62,974 bases of DNA, filler included, from Globobulimina sp. (GCA_003354225.1; 35 parts of 35 records of this genome joined end to end with filler, not necessarily neighbours in it), one strand, 5' to 3'; numbered from the whole stretch's first letter, positions 34,384-47,110 are shown. Made by a program: numbers and translations. The notes: generated from the sequence alone by a model not told the origin.

Positions 34384-35952
34384 TTAACACTGTATGTCCT
34401 TTTCCTGCAGAAACTGCATGGAGAGCGTGAATGGAACAATGCAACATCCAAACACGATGTAAGCAAATGCAATTTTCCTTTTTATTTCATAATGTTGCTG
34501 ATATTTTAATTTTGGAGTTGTCATTTTATAGTAAAACAATCCCGGCAAAATAAACGATATTATTGGCGAACCAATGGAGCCCACACACTCTAAAACCACC
34601 GATAAGTCTTTGACCAGCATCGATATCATAAACGAACCAAAGAAAATGCCATAAGTCAACAGATAGAATAGTTTATAATCAATTTTATTAATATTCTTAT
34701 CCCAAATTAACGAACACAGACTCTTGCGGCATGGATGGCATTGCAACGGATACGACCACGCCACGGCCAGTGACAAAGCAATGCGTACAATCGCCACCGA
34801 CATTGACTTAGGATATGATTTTAGTACATCACTTGCTACACATTGTCCATATGTAAAATATCCACAATATCCAACAATGCAATACATCAAAACAGACAAA
34901 GTCAACGAATTTGTAATCACCACATTCAACCTACGCAGTGTATTATTTTTCAGCTCATTCGTAACTGAAAAACTATTCTGATGGCAGGTAAATGCAAAGA
35001 TATATATTGGTATTACTTTTAAAAACGAGATCATCCCTCCCTTTGGAGGAAAAGCAGTCCATTCAATCCCCGCATCGTTATCTGAATGCAATGCATCGCT
35101 CGCATATAACACCATAATTAAGCTCACGTAAACAAAGCATAAAATTGCTATAATTGAGGTAAAACGCAAAGAGTCCATTTTTTTCAAGCGTATTACAGGA
35201 AATATAAAAAGCAGCGAAAATATGGTGATCCATAGCTGTCTGCGCGTCCATACAGACTTTTCTGTGTATTTTGCAACGTGGTTTTTATGCATTGACTGAT
35301 TATTAATGGAACGCCAACAAATTGCCAACATGTACATTTAAGATACTAAACAGAGTCATGAATGGTACCTAAATGTGCGGGTAAGAATTCTTTCAAAACG
35401 TCAGGCAATAAATCGCCGATTATCACAAAATACGAAGTGCCGACACCAAAACATTTGATCACAACCGCAAAATCAACCAATTTTTTAGCACAAGGCACGG
35501 AGTGCTCAGCTAATGTATAATAGGACGCATTTGGAGAGCAGATTTTTGCTGCAGAACATGAGAGGTTTAAGCCAATAAAAGATAATATCGCCATAATTAT
35601 GAACAATATGATGGATAATAAGTAGCCTGTTTTACTGATAGCATATGGCAAACCTAATAACCCCGCTCCTATGATGGTGTTCGATAAGTTCATAACTGAG
35701 GAAAATATGGTTGCTTCGCTTTGGACTACGAATTGCAACAAAGATAAACTACGCTGAGTGCCGTGAACTGGTTTGACGATTTGCGATGATGTTAATGAGT
35801 CTGCTTCGTAGTAATTGCCTTGGTTTGTGTGTAATGGTGATTTGGTTCTTAATAACGATGCACTAAGACTCTCGTCATTGTTTGATGGTGCATCAATTAC
35901 TTCAGTTTCAAAGGCCTCAAATGTTGATTTTTTAACATCATTATGTTCTTTA
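34384..35952 (-). CDS. AAAP/SLC38 (Avt-like) amino acid transporter (5' partial)
   Basis: SSVMNLSNTIIGAGLLGLPYA, IFAFTCHQN, SYPLQCHPCR, ISFILPGLFY; probable intron 35368-35262. Confidence 0.9.
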
Positions 35953-36052
35953 NNNNNNNNNNNNNNNNNNNNNNNNNNNNNNNNNNNNNNNNNNNNTTAA
36001 TTAATTAANNNNNNNNNNNNNNNNNNNNNNNNNNNNNNNNNNNNNNNNNNNN

Positions 36053-37754
36053 AAAAGAAAAGAGGCAACAACGGCCGCAGCAATCAACACATTCTCCACG
36101 ACTCCAAACAAAACAAGGCATCATTAGCTCGGGGAAGAAGCATCGGACAAAAATTTCTAAAATCAACCATTTATAGCAAAAAAATGAATTATACCGAAAT
36201 CACAATGAATTTATACACGTATAAACTGAATCAAATCCCCGGCATAATTGATGAAATAATACGTTGTGTGGTGACTGACGCACCGAACCTCAAACGCATT
36301 TGCTTCGAAACGGGATATGGAAAACCTAAAAAAGCCATTGATATTCGAAAGTGTGCCAGTCATTTTTTACTAAATACTTTGGGTTACACCTCCGACAAAA
36401 GTGGCAGTCCCAAGACCTTCAAAGTTATCCTATCCATCCATTCATTTTATACACACTTTCCACACAACATCAAATATACAAAAAAATAGTTTCTCAACGA
36501 CCACTCAAATCGAATTGTCATTTTCCCGCAGGAATACATTGATTTTTTGCGAGAAGAGACCGAACGGCAAGAAAAAGAACGAGAGATCCTCGCAGCCAAA
36601 AAGGCTAAAAACAAGAAAAAGTCCGTGAAAAAAATGAAACGCGATTTCGTTCATAATAAATGGAAAAAAAACCTCAAATACCCAGCTCCAAAGAAAAAGC
36701 GCCAACCCATTCTCGACAAAGAAGGCCAAGTTCTCGACCCTCGCTTTTTTACTCCGGGCGGCGACGACGATGACGACATCGTAGAGTCAGAGGATGAAAG
36801 CGCTGCGGATTCGAGCGGTAAGGAAATAGAAGAGACTGAGTCGACTTTTTTGCGCAACTTCGCCAATTTGCAAGTTATGATGCAAGAATCGTCGAATATG
36901 AACTCCAAAGTCGCCAAATCAAACAGACGCAGTGGGAACAGACAGAAACATAAAAAGAAAAAAGCAGTTGACATTTTTGAAGGTGTGGCTGACGACAAAG
37001 AGAAGTTCGAATATGTTGCGCCCGATGCATGGCGCTATAAACGCAGCGCAAACACAGAGCCGATGTATGAACCTGACATTGGTCGCTCTAAGACACTGGC
37101 ATCTGGACAGTGGGAATGCGAATTTTGCTCATTTACCAACGACAAACATGTGGCAATTTGCAGTATGTGTTTCAATGAAAGTTTTGCGAAGCGGTCTGCC
37201 GCGTTTTTGAATGTGTTGGCTGACAATAACCAGCAAAACGAGCAGAGTACGAAAAGGAAGAAGGTTTGTCGCGACCGCTGGCATTGTGAGATTTGTACTT
37301 TTCTCAATTCGAACGAAAGTGAGCTGTGTGATATGTGCGGCGGTGTCAATGCAGAACGGGAGAGATATTTTGATGCTCAACATGAGAATTATGGTGACGG
37401 CTTTTTCCAGGATGCGAAGCCTAAAAGGAAGCAGGTTGGGAATGTCAGGAAGCAGAGGGAGAATGAGGAGAAAATGGAGAGGTTGGAAGTGGCAAATCGT
37501 GTGATTGTGAGCAAGAAATTGAAGCCGCTGAATGTGAAAAAGAGTGTGGCGGTGTTGGACCAGAATGAGTTGCATAAAAATGGCATGCGTTCAGTGCATG
37601 GACAGATAGCGAGTATAAACCGGGAGTGGCAGGCTACGGTTTGGAAGGCGCACAATGATAAACAGAAACGCATTGACATGTTGCAGAGGAATGGAGGTGG
37701 CCATCAACAACATGGACAACCTCCAGCACCTCAACAAAAATATGTAAATCGTGG
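36053..37754 (+). CDS. Protein with a possible Smr-like domain and two RanBP2-type zinc fingers (partial)
   Basis: WECEFCSFTN..CSMC and WHCEICTFLN..CDMCG; intron 36424-36489; RICFETGYG is only weakly Smr-like. Confidence 0.65.
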
Positions 37755-37867
37755 NNNNNNNNNNNNNNNNNNNNNNNNNNNNNNNNNNNNNNNNNNNNTT
37801 AATTAATTAANNNNNNNNNNNNNNNNNNNNNNNNNNNNNNNNNNNNNNNNNNNNGAGGACTGAGGAG

Positions 37868-38485
37868 ATGATGCATAAACATGAAGAAAATAAAGAGATT
37901 ATGGCAAATAATATGAACGAAATGCAAATACATGTACAAAAAGAAAATATTAATTCGTGGAAATATAAGAAAATGAAGAAGTGGAGAAACAAGGAATTGT
38001 TGAATTGGATAAAAAGTATGCATTTAGAAAGAAAATGTGCGGATAAAATATTGAGTGATATAAAAAGTAGTAAGATTGAAGGAGCTGACATTCGTTTGCT
38101 AAAATGTGCAGAGGAAGTTGCGGAATCATTTGATATTACGGATAACTCTGAATTATGCAAGGATTTATGCGCAAAAATTGTAAATTTCAAACCAGAAACA
38201 ATGGAAACTGCTGAGACAGAGAATAACAATCCGGTGCCGTTTAAAATTAATATTTTTGCTAAACAGGAATATTTGATGTTGGATGAAATGGTGGATAGAA
38301 ATGACACGGTGCAATATGTCAAAACTTTGTACAAAATACAATCGGGAGTACTTTCTGCTGTTAATGACATACATTTATATTCTAAAAAAAAATTATTATC
38401 ATCAAGCAAAAAATTGAAAGAAGTTGGTATTGTTGATGGCAAACATTGCATCAGCGTCAAATTTGGAACAGATGGAGCTGTGTAA
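37868..38485 (+). CDS. SAM-like + ubiquitin-like domain protein
   Basis: KWRNKELLNWIKSM..IEGADI..FDITDNSELC (similar to the SAM-like repeats at 16720-17200); DTVQYVKTLY..IHLY..KKL....KLKEVGI. Confidence 0.6.
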   Translation: MMHKHEENKEIMANNMNEMQIHVQKENINSWKYKKMKKWRNKELLNWIKSMHLERKCADKILSDIKSSKIEGADIRLLKCAEEVAESFDITDNSELCKDLCAKIVNFKPETMETAETENNNPVPFKINIFAKQEYLMLDEMVDRNDTVQYVKTLYKIQSGVLSAVNDIHLYSKKKLLSSSKKLKEVGIVDGKHCISVKFGTDGAV

Positions 38486-38703
38486 TCTGTACTATATTAA
38501 CTGTATTTTTCTATTTTTTTATGTTGATGAATGGTTAAGATCAACATTCTTAGATTATTACGATTTTAGCATTTCTAATGCAAATATTAATGTTAAAATG
38601 TATCATTTTTGGCCGAACAGAAAGATTTATTTAAGCTTGCTTTAATCTTATCTGTTTTCCTTCCGAGTTTAAATATAAAAAAGAAACCACTGAAATCAGT
38701 GAA

Positions 38704-39474
38704 ATGTCGGACAATAGCAACGAAAATATGCCGTTGCAATCATCTGGAACATGGAATTACGGATCATCTGAGAATCAAGCTTCAAAAGATGAAAGCATAC
38801 CGGTCGAATACATTGAAGTCGATAATTATAATATAGATCTTGATGAAAGAGCAAGATTCACCATTTTAGCATTTTTAATGCAAATATTAATAATCATATT
38901 ATATGGATTAGCGATTGAGTATCCATCACCACTCTCACCTCCGGATGCCGAAGATGTTTCTAATTATCTATATTTCCAGCAAGTCAATGTTATGATGTTC
39001 ATAGGGTTTGGTTATTTAATGACATTTTTACGCCGTTATGGTTATGGTGCAGTTACATTTAATATGATGTTAACTGTATTATGTATCGAGTGGGGGATAT
39101 TTATGGTAGGTTTAGTTGATGTTATCTTTGGTGTACCATCGCATAAACTAAATATTGGAGTCGACAATTTAGCTCAAGGAGATATTGCTGCTGCTGTTAT
39201 TTTAATTAGTTTCGGCGCCGTTAAGTTCTATACATACATATTTTTCAGCAAAGTAAAAGAAATACCAAACATTATGTTAATTATTAAGCTTTTGGGTCGA
39301 GCATCGCCAACACAATTATTAGTGATGGGTTTTATTGAAATTATATTTTATTCAATAAACAATTATGTCGTAACAGAAATATTGTATGTGACAGATGTTG
39401 GTGGCTCAATTGTTGTGCATACATTTGGCTGTTATTTTGGTTTGGCAGTATCATATATTTTGGGCCCGCTATAG
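38704..39474 (+). CDS. Rh-type ammonium transporter, truncated
   Basis: YFQQVNVMMFIGFGYLMTFLRRYGY, ILISFGA|LLGR (69-nt intron 39220-39288), DVGGSIVVHTFGCYFGL; homology stops abruptly near 39470. Confidence 0.85.
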   Translation: MSDNSNENMPLQSSGTWNYGSSENQASKDESIPVEYIEVDNYNIDLDERARFTILAFLMQILIIILYGLAIEYPSPLSPPDAEDVSNYLYFQQVNVMMFIGFGYLMTFLRRYGYGAVTFNMMLTVLCIEWGIFMVGLVDVIFGVPSHKLNIGVDNLAQGDIAAAVILISFGAVKFYTYIFFSKVKEIPNIMLIIKLLGRASPTQLLVMGFIEIIFYSINNYVVTEILYVTDVGGSIVVHTFGCYFGLAVSYILGPL

Positions 39475-39956
39475 AGTTACTATACGGACTTTAGGAGTAA
39501 AGGCTGGTTTAGGACTTTAGTAAAGGTTTTTAAGTGAATAATAACTCAAGGTTTAANNNNNNNNNNNNNNNNNNNNNNNNNNNNNNNNNNNNNNNNNNNN
39601 TTAATTAATTAANNNNNNNNNNNNNNNNNNNNNNNNNNNNNNNNNNNNNNNNNNNNCTGTTTGGAACACATTGTTTTTAAAATTACAGTTTGAATTCAAA
39701 ACATTTCGTTTTTGAAACACTGCCCGTTTATAGCCTATGGGCGTATGAATGTAATATTCTATACATCACGAATTTAAAACATAACGAGTTTAGAATAAGC
39801 TCTTTAAATCAAAAATTTCCAAAAGGCAATATTCTAAACACGTCCTATTCTAAAGTAGTTGTTTAGTGTTTCGTAGTTTAGTGTTTAGTCGTTTAGTGGT
39901 TTAGTGTTTTAGTGTTTTTATATATATATAAATAAATTTTCAACTTGCAGTACACA

Positions 39957-41358
39957 ATGCGCACATCCTCCTCAGCACATACCAGAAATACAGCCACAAC
40001 AAAAATAAGTAAAATCTCAACATTCCAGCAAAGTTTGGCATATGCGAGCCATTTAGCAACTACATTGCAGTCATATTCGCCGCCTGGATCGCCGCCTATA
40101 TCTCATTATACCCATCATAGCCGTAATTACTCGGCGTACACAAAATTATTCTCCCAAATTCGATGCAAAACTGGCGACAGAGTACGTATTGAGGCTGAAA
40201 GCAAAACCGATTCAATGTATGGGGAAATAATTAATTTGGTTCCCAATGACACAGCGACTGTCCGTTTCGATCCGTATTATGGTTTTGTTTCTCCACAAAC
40301 CATTAATTTAAAAAACAATAAAAAAACCCGCATCATACCATTGACCAAAGCATGGTTATCTGTAGAATTTGGCGTCACTGCCTTTGATAATAAAACACAA
40401 AGTTTTACCATTACCGGATGGATCAATGTATTTTGGTTTTTACCGACAATAAACGACTATAAAAATCCAATTGAAAAATATATGGAAAAGAATCAACGAG
40501 ATATTAACCATCGACATATGGAAAATATGATATTATTTCAAAATGAAAATCAAGATATTATCATGAAAATTATTGATTTACGTAAAGAAGATAGAATTTC
40601 ACATTTTTTACCACTTAATGCACAGCGTATATTTGCCCAACAATCCCTAATATCGATCACGCACAAAACTGCGCCATATTTATTATATAATACTGTCACA
40701 AATTCAGTGCGTACACAGTATCATATCGTGGCCACATTATCTGAAGATTTTCAACTTTGGTGGTTTCCATTCGATAAACAATTTCTTAATGTAAAGCTTC
40801 GTTGGAACAGTATGTTGTATTTAGTTATAGTCAGAAATTCTGAATTACGCAGTTTCTGTGTCTGAACGTCCGATATATACAGCTTTATATTATCATATTT
40901 TGGACTGGAAGAAAGAGAAAAATGTTCCCATTAAACATCATAAAATCATTGACATTCGTTCTGAAATGCGACATTCCGCAGATATTGATATCGCTGAATT
41001 TAATGAAGTTCATTCTGAGTTAGTTCTTTTACTGACAGAATGTACAGGTTTTAAAGAGGGTATTTCTGACATTATTTTGTCATATTTAGTGCATAGAATA
41101 TGTTGGTTTGGCGATGTCGATACAAAATTATGTATGCGACGAATTGATGCTTTTTATAGCAATCCAATCAAAATCCATATTGCCAGAGAATTAACGGCTG
41201 AAATATCAATGTTGCCGCCTTTTGTTGATTTTCGAGTCAAGAAATCGTGCGATCAGCATGATAACGATGGAAATCCCTCGTTGCGGTTTGCAATGATTCG
41301 ATTACGTTTTGTGAGGAATCCCGTATATTATGTAACCTACATTTTGCTTCCTTTTTTC
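39957..41358 (+). CDS. Cys-less pentameric ligand-gated ion channel-like subunit (3' partial)
   Basis: FDNKTQSFTITGWINVFW, EDFQLWWFPFDKQFLNV, IRLRFVRNPVYYVTYILLP (pre-M1); intron 40810-40882. Confidence 0.65.
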
Positions 41359-41628
41359 NNNNNNNNNNNNNNNNNNNNNNNNNNNNNNNNNNNNNNNNNN
41401 NNTTAATTAATTAANNNNNNNNNNNNNNNNNNNNNNNNNNNNNNNNNNNNNNNNNNNNAGTATCCGTTTAATTAATACCCTTTAATTATAAATAAAATAG
41501 TTTAATTTTATGTTTCTTTCGAATAAATAGTTTGACTGAACTCGAGTATCATTTATTTACTTAAAAAACTACGCAAGGTAATTATTTGCATTACAGTCGC
41601 TACAAAGAGCCTAAAAAAAGAATATTAA

Positions 41629-42102
41629 ATGTCAGGGATTGCATTGACTCGTTTAGCAGAAGAACGTAAGTCATGGCGCAAATCGCATCCGCATGGTTTC
41701 TTTGCGCGACCTAGTAAGAATCCTGATGGTTCCACGAATTTATTGTGTTGGAAATGCGGCATCCCAGGAAAAACAAACACGGCGTGGGAGGGCGGTGTGT
41801 ATCGATTAAATATATATTTCACAGACGATTATCCCAATAAGCCACCAAAATGTCAGTTTGAAAATGCTTTGTTTCATCCCAATATTTATCCGTCGGGAAC
41901 TGTTTGTTTATCGATATTGAATGAAGAAAAAGATTGGAAGCCGGCGATTACTATCAAGCAAATATTAAAAGGCATTCAGGATTTGTTAAATGAACCAAAT
42001 AATAGCGATCCTGCTCAAAAAGAGCCATATGAGCTTTTCAAAAAAGATAAAGACGCATTTTGGAAAAAAGTGACAATGGAAGCTAGAAAATATCAAATGT
42101 AA
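41629..42102 (+). CDS. UBC9: SUMO-conjugating enzyme Ubc9
   Basis: [51 protein letters not shown]. Confidence 0.97.
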   Translation: MSGIALTRLAEERKSWRKSHPHGFFARPSKNPDGSTNLLCWKCGIPGKTNTAWEGGVYRLNIYFTDDYPNKPPKCQFENALFHPNIYPSGTVCLSILNEEKDWKPAITIKQILKGIQDLLNEPNNSDPAQKEPYELFKKDKDAFWKKVTMEARKYQM

Positions 42103-42771
42103 TATTTGTGACCAAAGGGTATTTTATTTAAATCAAAAACAAAAATCAATGTTCAATGTTCAATATCCTTACACTTTTTTTCTTCGTTGTTTTATCCTTG
42201 CACTGCATGGGGTTTTTTTATTTTATTCTCCGATCAGGTTTTCTCAAGTTTAACTTCAAAAATAGTTAGTCATTTATATGTTGCCTGGAAGCTTTTCCTC
42301 TTTATTGGTTATTTGTTTATCCGTTATTACGGATTTCGAAACGAAGCACCCTTTGTCCAAAAGCCGTAAAAGCTAAAAAATGATAAAATGTTTAAAATCG
42401 TGAAGATCCATGAAAAGTGCTAAAAAATGAAGAATATTTATTTTGTGACACAAAACCATTGATTGATGCAAATTAGAAATGTCATATAGTCAATGTAACT
42501 TAATGCGAATGATATGGTTAATTCTCATATATAAAACACGTCCTGCGATTCAAGATCATGTCATTAAAACTTACCTTGTCATTAAAACTTATGTTTCTAT
42601 AAAAATCCGAAAACAACAGGTAACTTTCCTCAGCTTCTAATGTCGTCGTAACTTCGTTTCACAATCCCCTTATATACCAAACAAAATATATAAACAGACG
42701 CACAGAAAAGAGCACGTACGGTACAGACACACAAAAAAGACACACATTATCTATCAACGACCAAAATTAGC

Positions 42772-43160
42772 ATGAATTCAATCAGTAAATTATGTGCATT
42801 AACAAGACGATCGTCGATATTATTTAGCCCAAAGTTCGCATTAAGTCGAAATCGAACACGTTTATCGTATACATGTACCCCGACGAAAGAAATCGAAACT
42901 GATCAAAATAGCAAAAAACATAAAAAAAACAAAAAAGATAATATTAGTGTTACTGGGCAATGTAATGGCTGTTATCGCAAAATTTTCCAACAGTGGAGAT
43001 CATGTAATCCGGTCTATATTTTAGGAAATAAGCAATGTACGCAATGTAATGTTGGATGTATTGAGTATGTGAATCAACAGCATGGCGATGTAGCCATTGG
43101 TCATTGTTGTAATAAGTATTGTATTTCAAATGAAGTTTATCATAAATCATTTTTCGGACA
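42772..43160 (+). CDS. Hypothetical Cys-rich protein with a possible mitochondrial presequence (3' partial)
   Basis: Arg/Ser-rich, acid-free N-terminus; CxxC pairs. Confidence 0.45.
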
Positions 43161-43315
43161 NNNNNNNNNNNNNNNNNNNNNNNNNNNNNNNNNNNNNNNN
43201 NNNNTTAATTAATTAANNNNNNNNNNNNNNNNNNNNNNNNNNNNNNNNNNNNNNNNNNNNATTAAGACAATGGCTGACATTTCCAATCTCAAATGCTAGT
43301 AAATTATGGTACAGA

Positions 43316-44962
43316 TTGGATCATATTGAATGGTTAATAAATAATGACACCAATGGCATTTTTGAGCAAATTGAAGATTTATTGCCACATATTGGCGATT
43401 TAAGAGCAAATTCATTACGAATTGTATCCTTTAAATCAAAATATAATGATTGGTGCCAATTATATAATTCATTAAAAGCAATTAATAGTTTATGCCAACT
43501 GTCCAGAATCAATACCTATGACAATAATACATCTGTACATAGCAATACATCCAATTCAACCATGCAAATGGACAAAGTACCAATTTTCCGTCGATTATTA
43601 GAGTCATATACCGATGGAATTGATGAATTAAAACAAATATTATCTGCGCATATTGATTTTCCGCAAACAAAAGTAAATAAAAAATTAACATTTAAACATG
43701 GCGTCAACGAGAATTTAGATGCTTTGAATTTAATGTTAGAAAATATTCCAGCGCAGCAACAACAAATTACATTGAATTGTAAACAAAATGGGGTCATTCC
43801 AAATAATAATGATATTGAATTTGTATTTAAACCATTTATGGGATTTTTTTTATCCGTGCCTTCCAGCTCAAATTATTGTACTTTGCTAGCGCAGAATGGG
43901 ACACTTCATCAATTTGAAGCTTCCAATTATAAATATTTCCGAAGCAATGAATGTTTGCTCATGAACCAACATTTCGGCAATGTGGAAACCAAAATCAATA
44001 CGATTGAAAATGATATTATTGTTGAGCTGGAAAAATTAGTCCTGCAAAAAGTCAGTGAACTGGAAGCGTTGTCAGAGTCCGTTGCGGAGATTGATTGTTT
44101 GTGCGCTTTGGCTGCCACCGCGTTGCAACGGAACTGGTGTAAACCACAATTATTTGATAAGAATGCGGGTAGAGATTTTTTTGAGTTTGACGATGGATGG
44201 CATCCAATACAGCCAACATTTTTAAGTGAAAATGAACAGTTTATAAATAATGATATTACATTTGGTGGTGGGGAAAGAATAAAAATATTGACCGGACCAA
44301 ACCAATCCGGTAAGTCAGTTTATTTGAAGCAATGTGGTATTATTGCATATTTGGTGCACATTGGTTCGTATGTTCCAGCACAGAGCTGCCGACTAACTGT
44401 GATGGATAAAATATTGACGCGAATTCATTGTAATGACGATTGTAATTCTTCATTGTCAACCTATACGAGAGATTGCTGTCAAATGGCACATTTATTGAAA
44501 AATAATACTTCAAATTCATTAATATTGATTGATGAGTTTGGAAAAGGAACTCTGAGTCGCGATGGTATTGCATTAATGACATCGATTATTAATAATTTTA
44601 ATGAATTAAAAGAAAACGCGCCAAAGGTATTAATTGCCACTCATTTTCATGAATTATTTCAATATGATTTAATTAAACAAACTAACTTTGTTAAATTTTA
44701 TTTTATGGAAATTGTTACACAACAAATGATTCAAAATGATGAAAATAGAAATGATAATAAAGAAAATGAAGAAAATAAAAATGAAAATGAACATAAAAAT
44801 GGAAATGAAGAAGATATTAAAATATCAGATGAGGATAATAATAATAATGAAGAAGCAATAAGGCAAGAAATCACATTTTTATATAAAGTGAAACGAGGAA
44901 TTTGTGAGTCTTCCTTCGGAATTGAATGTGCAAAATCCGCAGGACTATCAAAGGAGGTCAGA
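43316..44962 (+). CDS. MSH5: Meiotic MutS homologue MSH5 (partial)
   Basis: IKILTGPNQSGKSVYLKQ..HIGSYVPA, LILIDEFGKGT..DG, THFHEL, FLYKV..GIC.SSFG. Confidence 0.8.
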
Positions 44963-45062
44963 NNNNNNNNNNNNNNNNNNNNNNNNNNNNNNNNNNNNNN
45001 NNNNNNTTAATTAATTAANNNNNNNNNNNNNNNNNNNNNNNNNNNNNNNNNNNNNNNNNNNN

Positions 45063-45591
45063 AGGGGACGACGACAATGGCGATGACAATGATGATGATG
45101 ATAAGGGGTCAGATCTACCACCGACACCGACCACATTTGAAGAGATAAATAAGTTCAAAATGCAGCAGACTGGCTTTGAATTTTTAAAGATAAAAAATAT
45201 AAAATTGGCAGAAACAGTGCCTAGATCGCAAATTGTATTCGGTGATTGTCAGAATTGGTTTCAATCTTTATCGCAAATGATCGTCTCAATAAAACACGAA
45301 GAGACAGAATGTGAATGCAAACAATGTGTCGCTTATAATCCATATAAACAATGTGTTTTGATCTATAATAAGTACTTATCATCGAATGGTATTTTATGTG
45401 TGAATATATCAAGCGAAGTGAGGCAGAAATTTGCGAAATTATTTGAGATGAATCAGAACGATATCGAGAAGAAAGCCAAAATATATTTATTAGCAAGAAA
45501 GAGATTGATTGATATTTTTCAAGAATCACAAGAAGAAGTTTGGCATTTATTGGGTGCTTCTTTTCGGCGCTTTAAAAAGACTCCAGTTTAG
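45063..45591 (+). CDS. RGS-domain protein C-terminus (5' partial)
   Basis: IYNKYL....LCVNISSEVR..IFQESQEEVWHLL..SFRRFK. Confidence 0.75.
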
Positions 45592-46141
45592 TATATATTG
45601 TCTATGTATGAGTGCATATCAAATGCACACTGCTATTGTCCGTTTTTACAAATAGATCTTTGCAAAAATATCATCGGAGAGATAATATCAAATGTGTATC
45701 TGTTTAAAGTGTTATATTATTATACTTATATGTTTTCTGTCAAACTCGTTATATTATTATACTATAGATTTTTTTTTGTTATATTATATTTATATAATTT
45801 TATTCCCAAATCGTTTTCTGTCAAACTCGAACAGACAGTTCCATTTAAACGATATATTCCCAAAGGTAACACCTCCATTGCATACCATTCAGTTATACTT
45901 GTTCTGGATTTCCAAACCGTTTAACTAGACCAAATGTATACAACTTATCGCCAGGGGATGGGATAGGTTATCTTCACTACAAAGACTGTATACGCAAATC
46001 CAGACTCTAATTGTATACTGGAGATAACGGACAGCTATGCACAGGCATTAAAAAAATGCGGCATCTCGGATTAAAAACACAAAGTCATTGCGCAAGGATG
46101 AAACTAGAAACTAAAAATAATTTACATTGAAAAGCGTTGTC

Positions 46142-46744
46142 CTAACATTGAAAAGCGTACATCCACATTCTTTTTGGTGATACATAATGTCTGGTTCTTA
46201 GGACATGAAACAAAACACCACTGCCAACACCAACTAATCCATTGCATATTGTATATTCTATCAAATATTTATAATATTCACTTTTATCTTTGTTCTCAGT
46301 CTCAGACTCATTGGATGTATTCATGATAGATTTCAATGTTAAGAATGAGATTGAATATAATAAACCTACTGTTCCACCAAAAATACAACTATAATCAATC
46401 AACCTTTGTGTTTCACAATTAATTATTCGATACACGCGATCTTCCAAAATATCATAGTCCAATTTAATTAAGTTATAACCAGTAATCCCAAAGCTAGCAA
46501 CTGCGGCGCAAACAAGTGATTGAAACAAATGTTTCCGAAATTGAACAATGTTGAAATATTTATGTGAATCAGTTGAGTTCACCCTATATTTATTTGGTGC
46601 TGATTTTATCAGTAAGGGTGTATTTAAAATAAATGATGCTATCCCAACAATTGATGCACATTGTATTGCCTTCAGATTTATATGATATATTAGCCATAGC
46701 GTAGGTGGCAACGAATGCAAATGCCGTTCAATTAGCTTTAGCAT
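46142..46744 (-). CDS. DUF1757-like small membrane protein
   Basis: LEDRVYRII.CETQRLID..C.FGG motif between hydrophobic segments. Confidence 0.45.
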   Translation of the reverse strand: MLKLIERHLHSLPPTLWLIYHINLKAIQCASIVGIASFILNTPLLIKSAPNKYRVNSTDSHKYFNIVQFRKHLFQSLVCAAVASFGITGYNLIKLDYDILEDRVYRIINCETQRLIDYSCIFGGTVGLLYSISFLTLKSIMNTSNESETENKDKSEYYKYLIEYTICNGLVGVGSGVLFHVLRTRHYVSPKRMWMYAFQC

Positions 46745-46864
46745 GTTCTAATCCCTGGTTTTTTNNNNNNNNNNNNNNNNNNNNNNNNNNNNNNNNNNNN
46801 NNNNNNNNTTAATTAATTAANNNNNNNNNNNNNNNNNNNNNNNNNNNNNNNNNNNNNNNNNNNN

Positions 46865-47110
46865 TCTTCCAATACTAATTCTTTGTTTCTCACCACCGGA
46901 TAAACGTGCCGGTTTCCTATTTAACAGGTAATCTATTTCGAGAACATCGACTACTTCTTCAAATGTATAACGACAATATTTTCTTCTACCATATAAAAGA
47001 TTGGTTTTTACATTCAGATGAGGAAACAAATATGGTTCCTGAAGAATATATCCGACACCTCTTTTCTCGGGCTTTTCATTAATCTTATTATTCCTTCCAC
47101 AGCAAATGTA
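46865..47110 (-). CDS. modC: Bacterial molybdate ABC transporter ATPase fragment
   Basis: KINEKPEKRGVGYILQEPYLFPHLNVKTNLLYG..FEEVVDVLEIDYLLNRKPARLSGGEKQRISIGR; Walker A is missing and the upstream frame is closed by TAA runs. Confidence 0.7.

Noticed and set aside
36651-37679. Multiple antisense and alternate-frame ORFs (also 13362-14018, 27440-28571, 52442-52756)
   Set aside because: Shadows of the real genes on the other strand or frame
39858-39920. GTTTAGT repeats as a telomere
   Set aside because: Short, degenerate, internal to the contig and directly upstream of a gene
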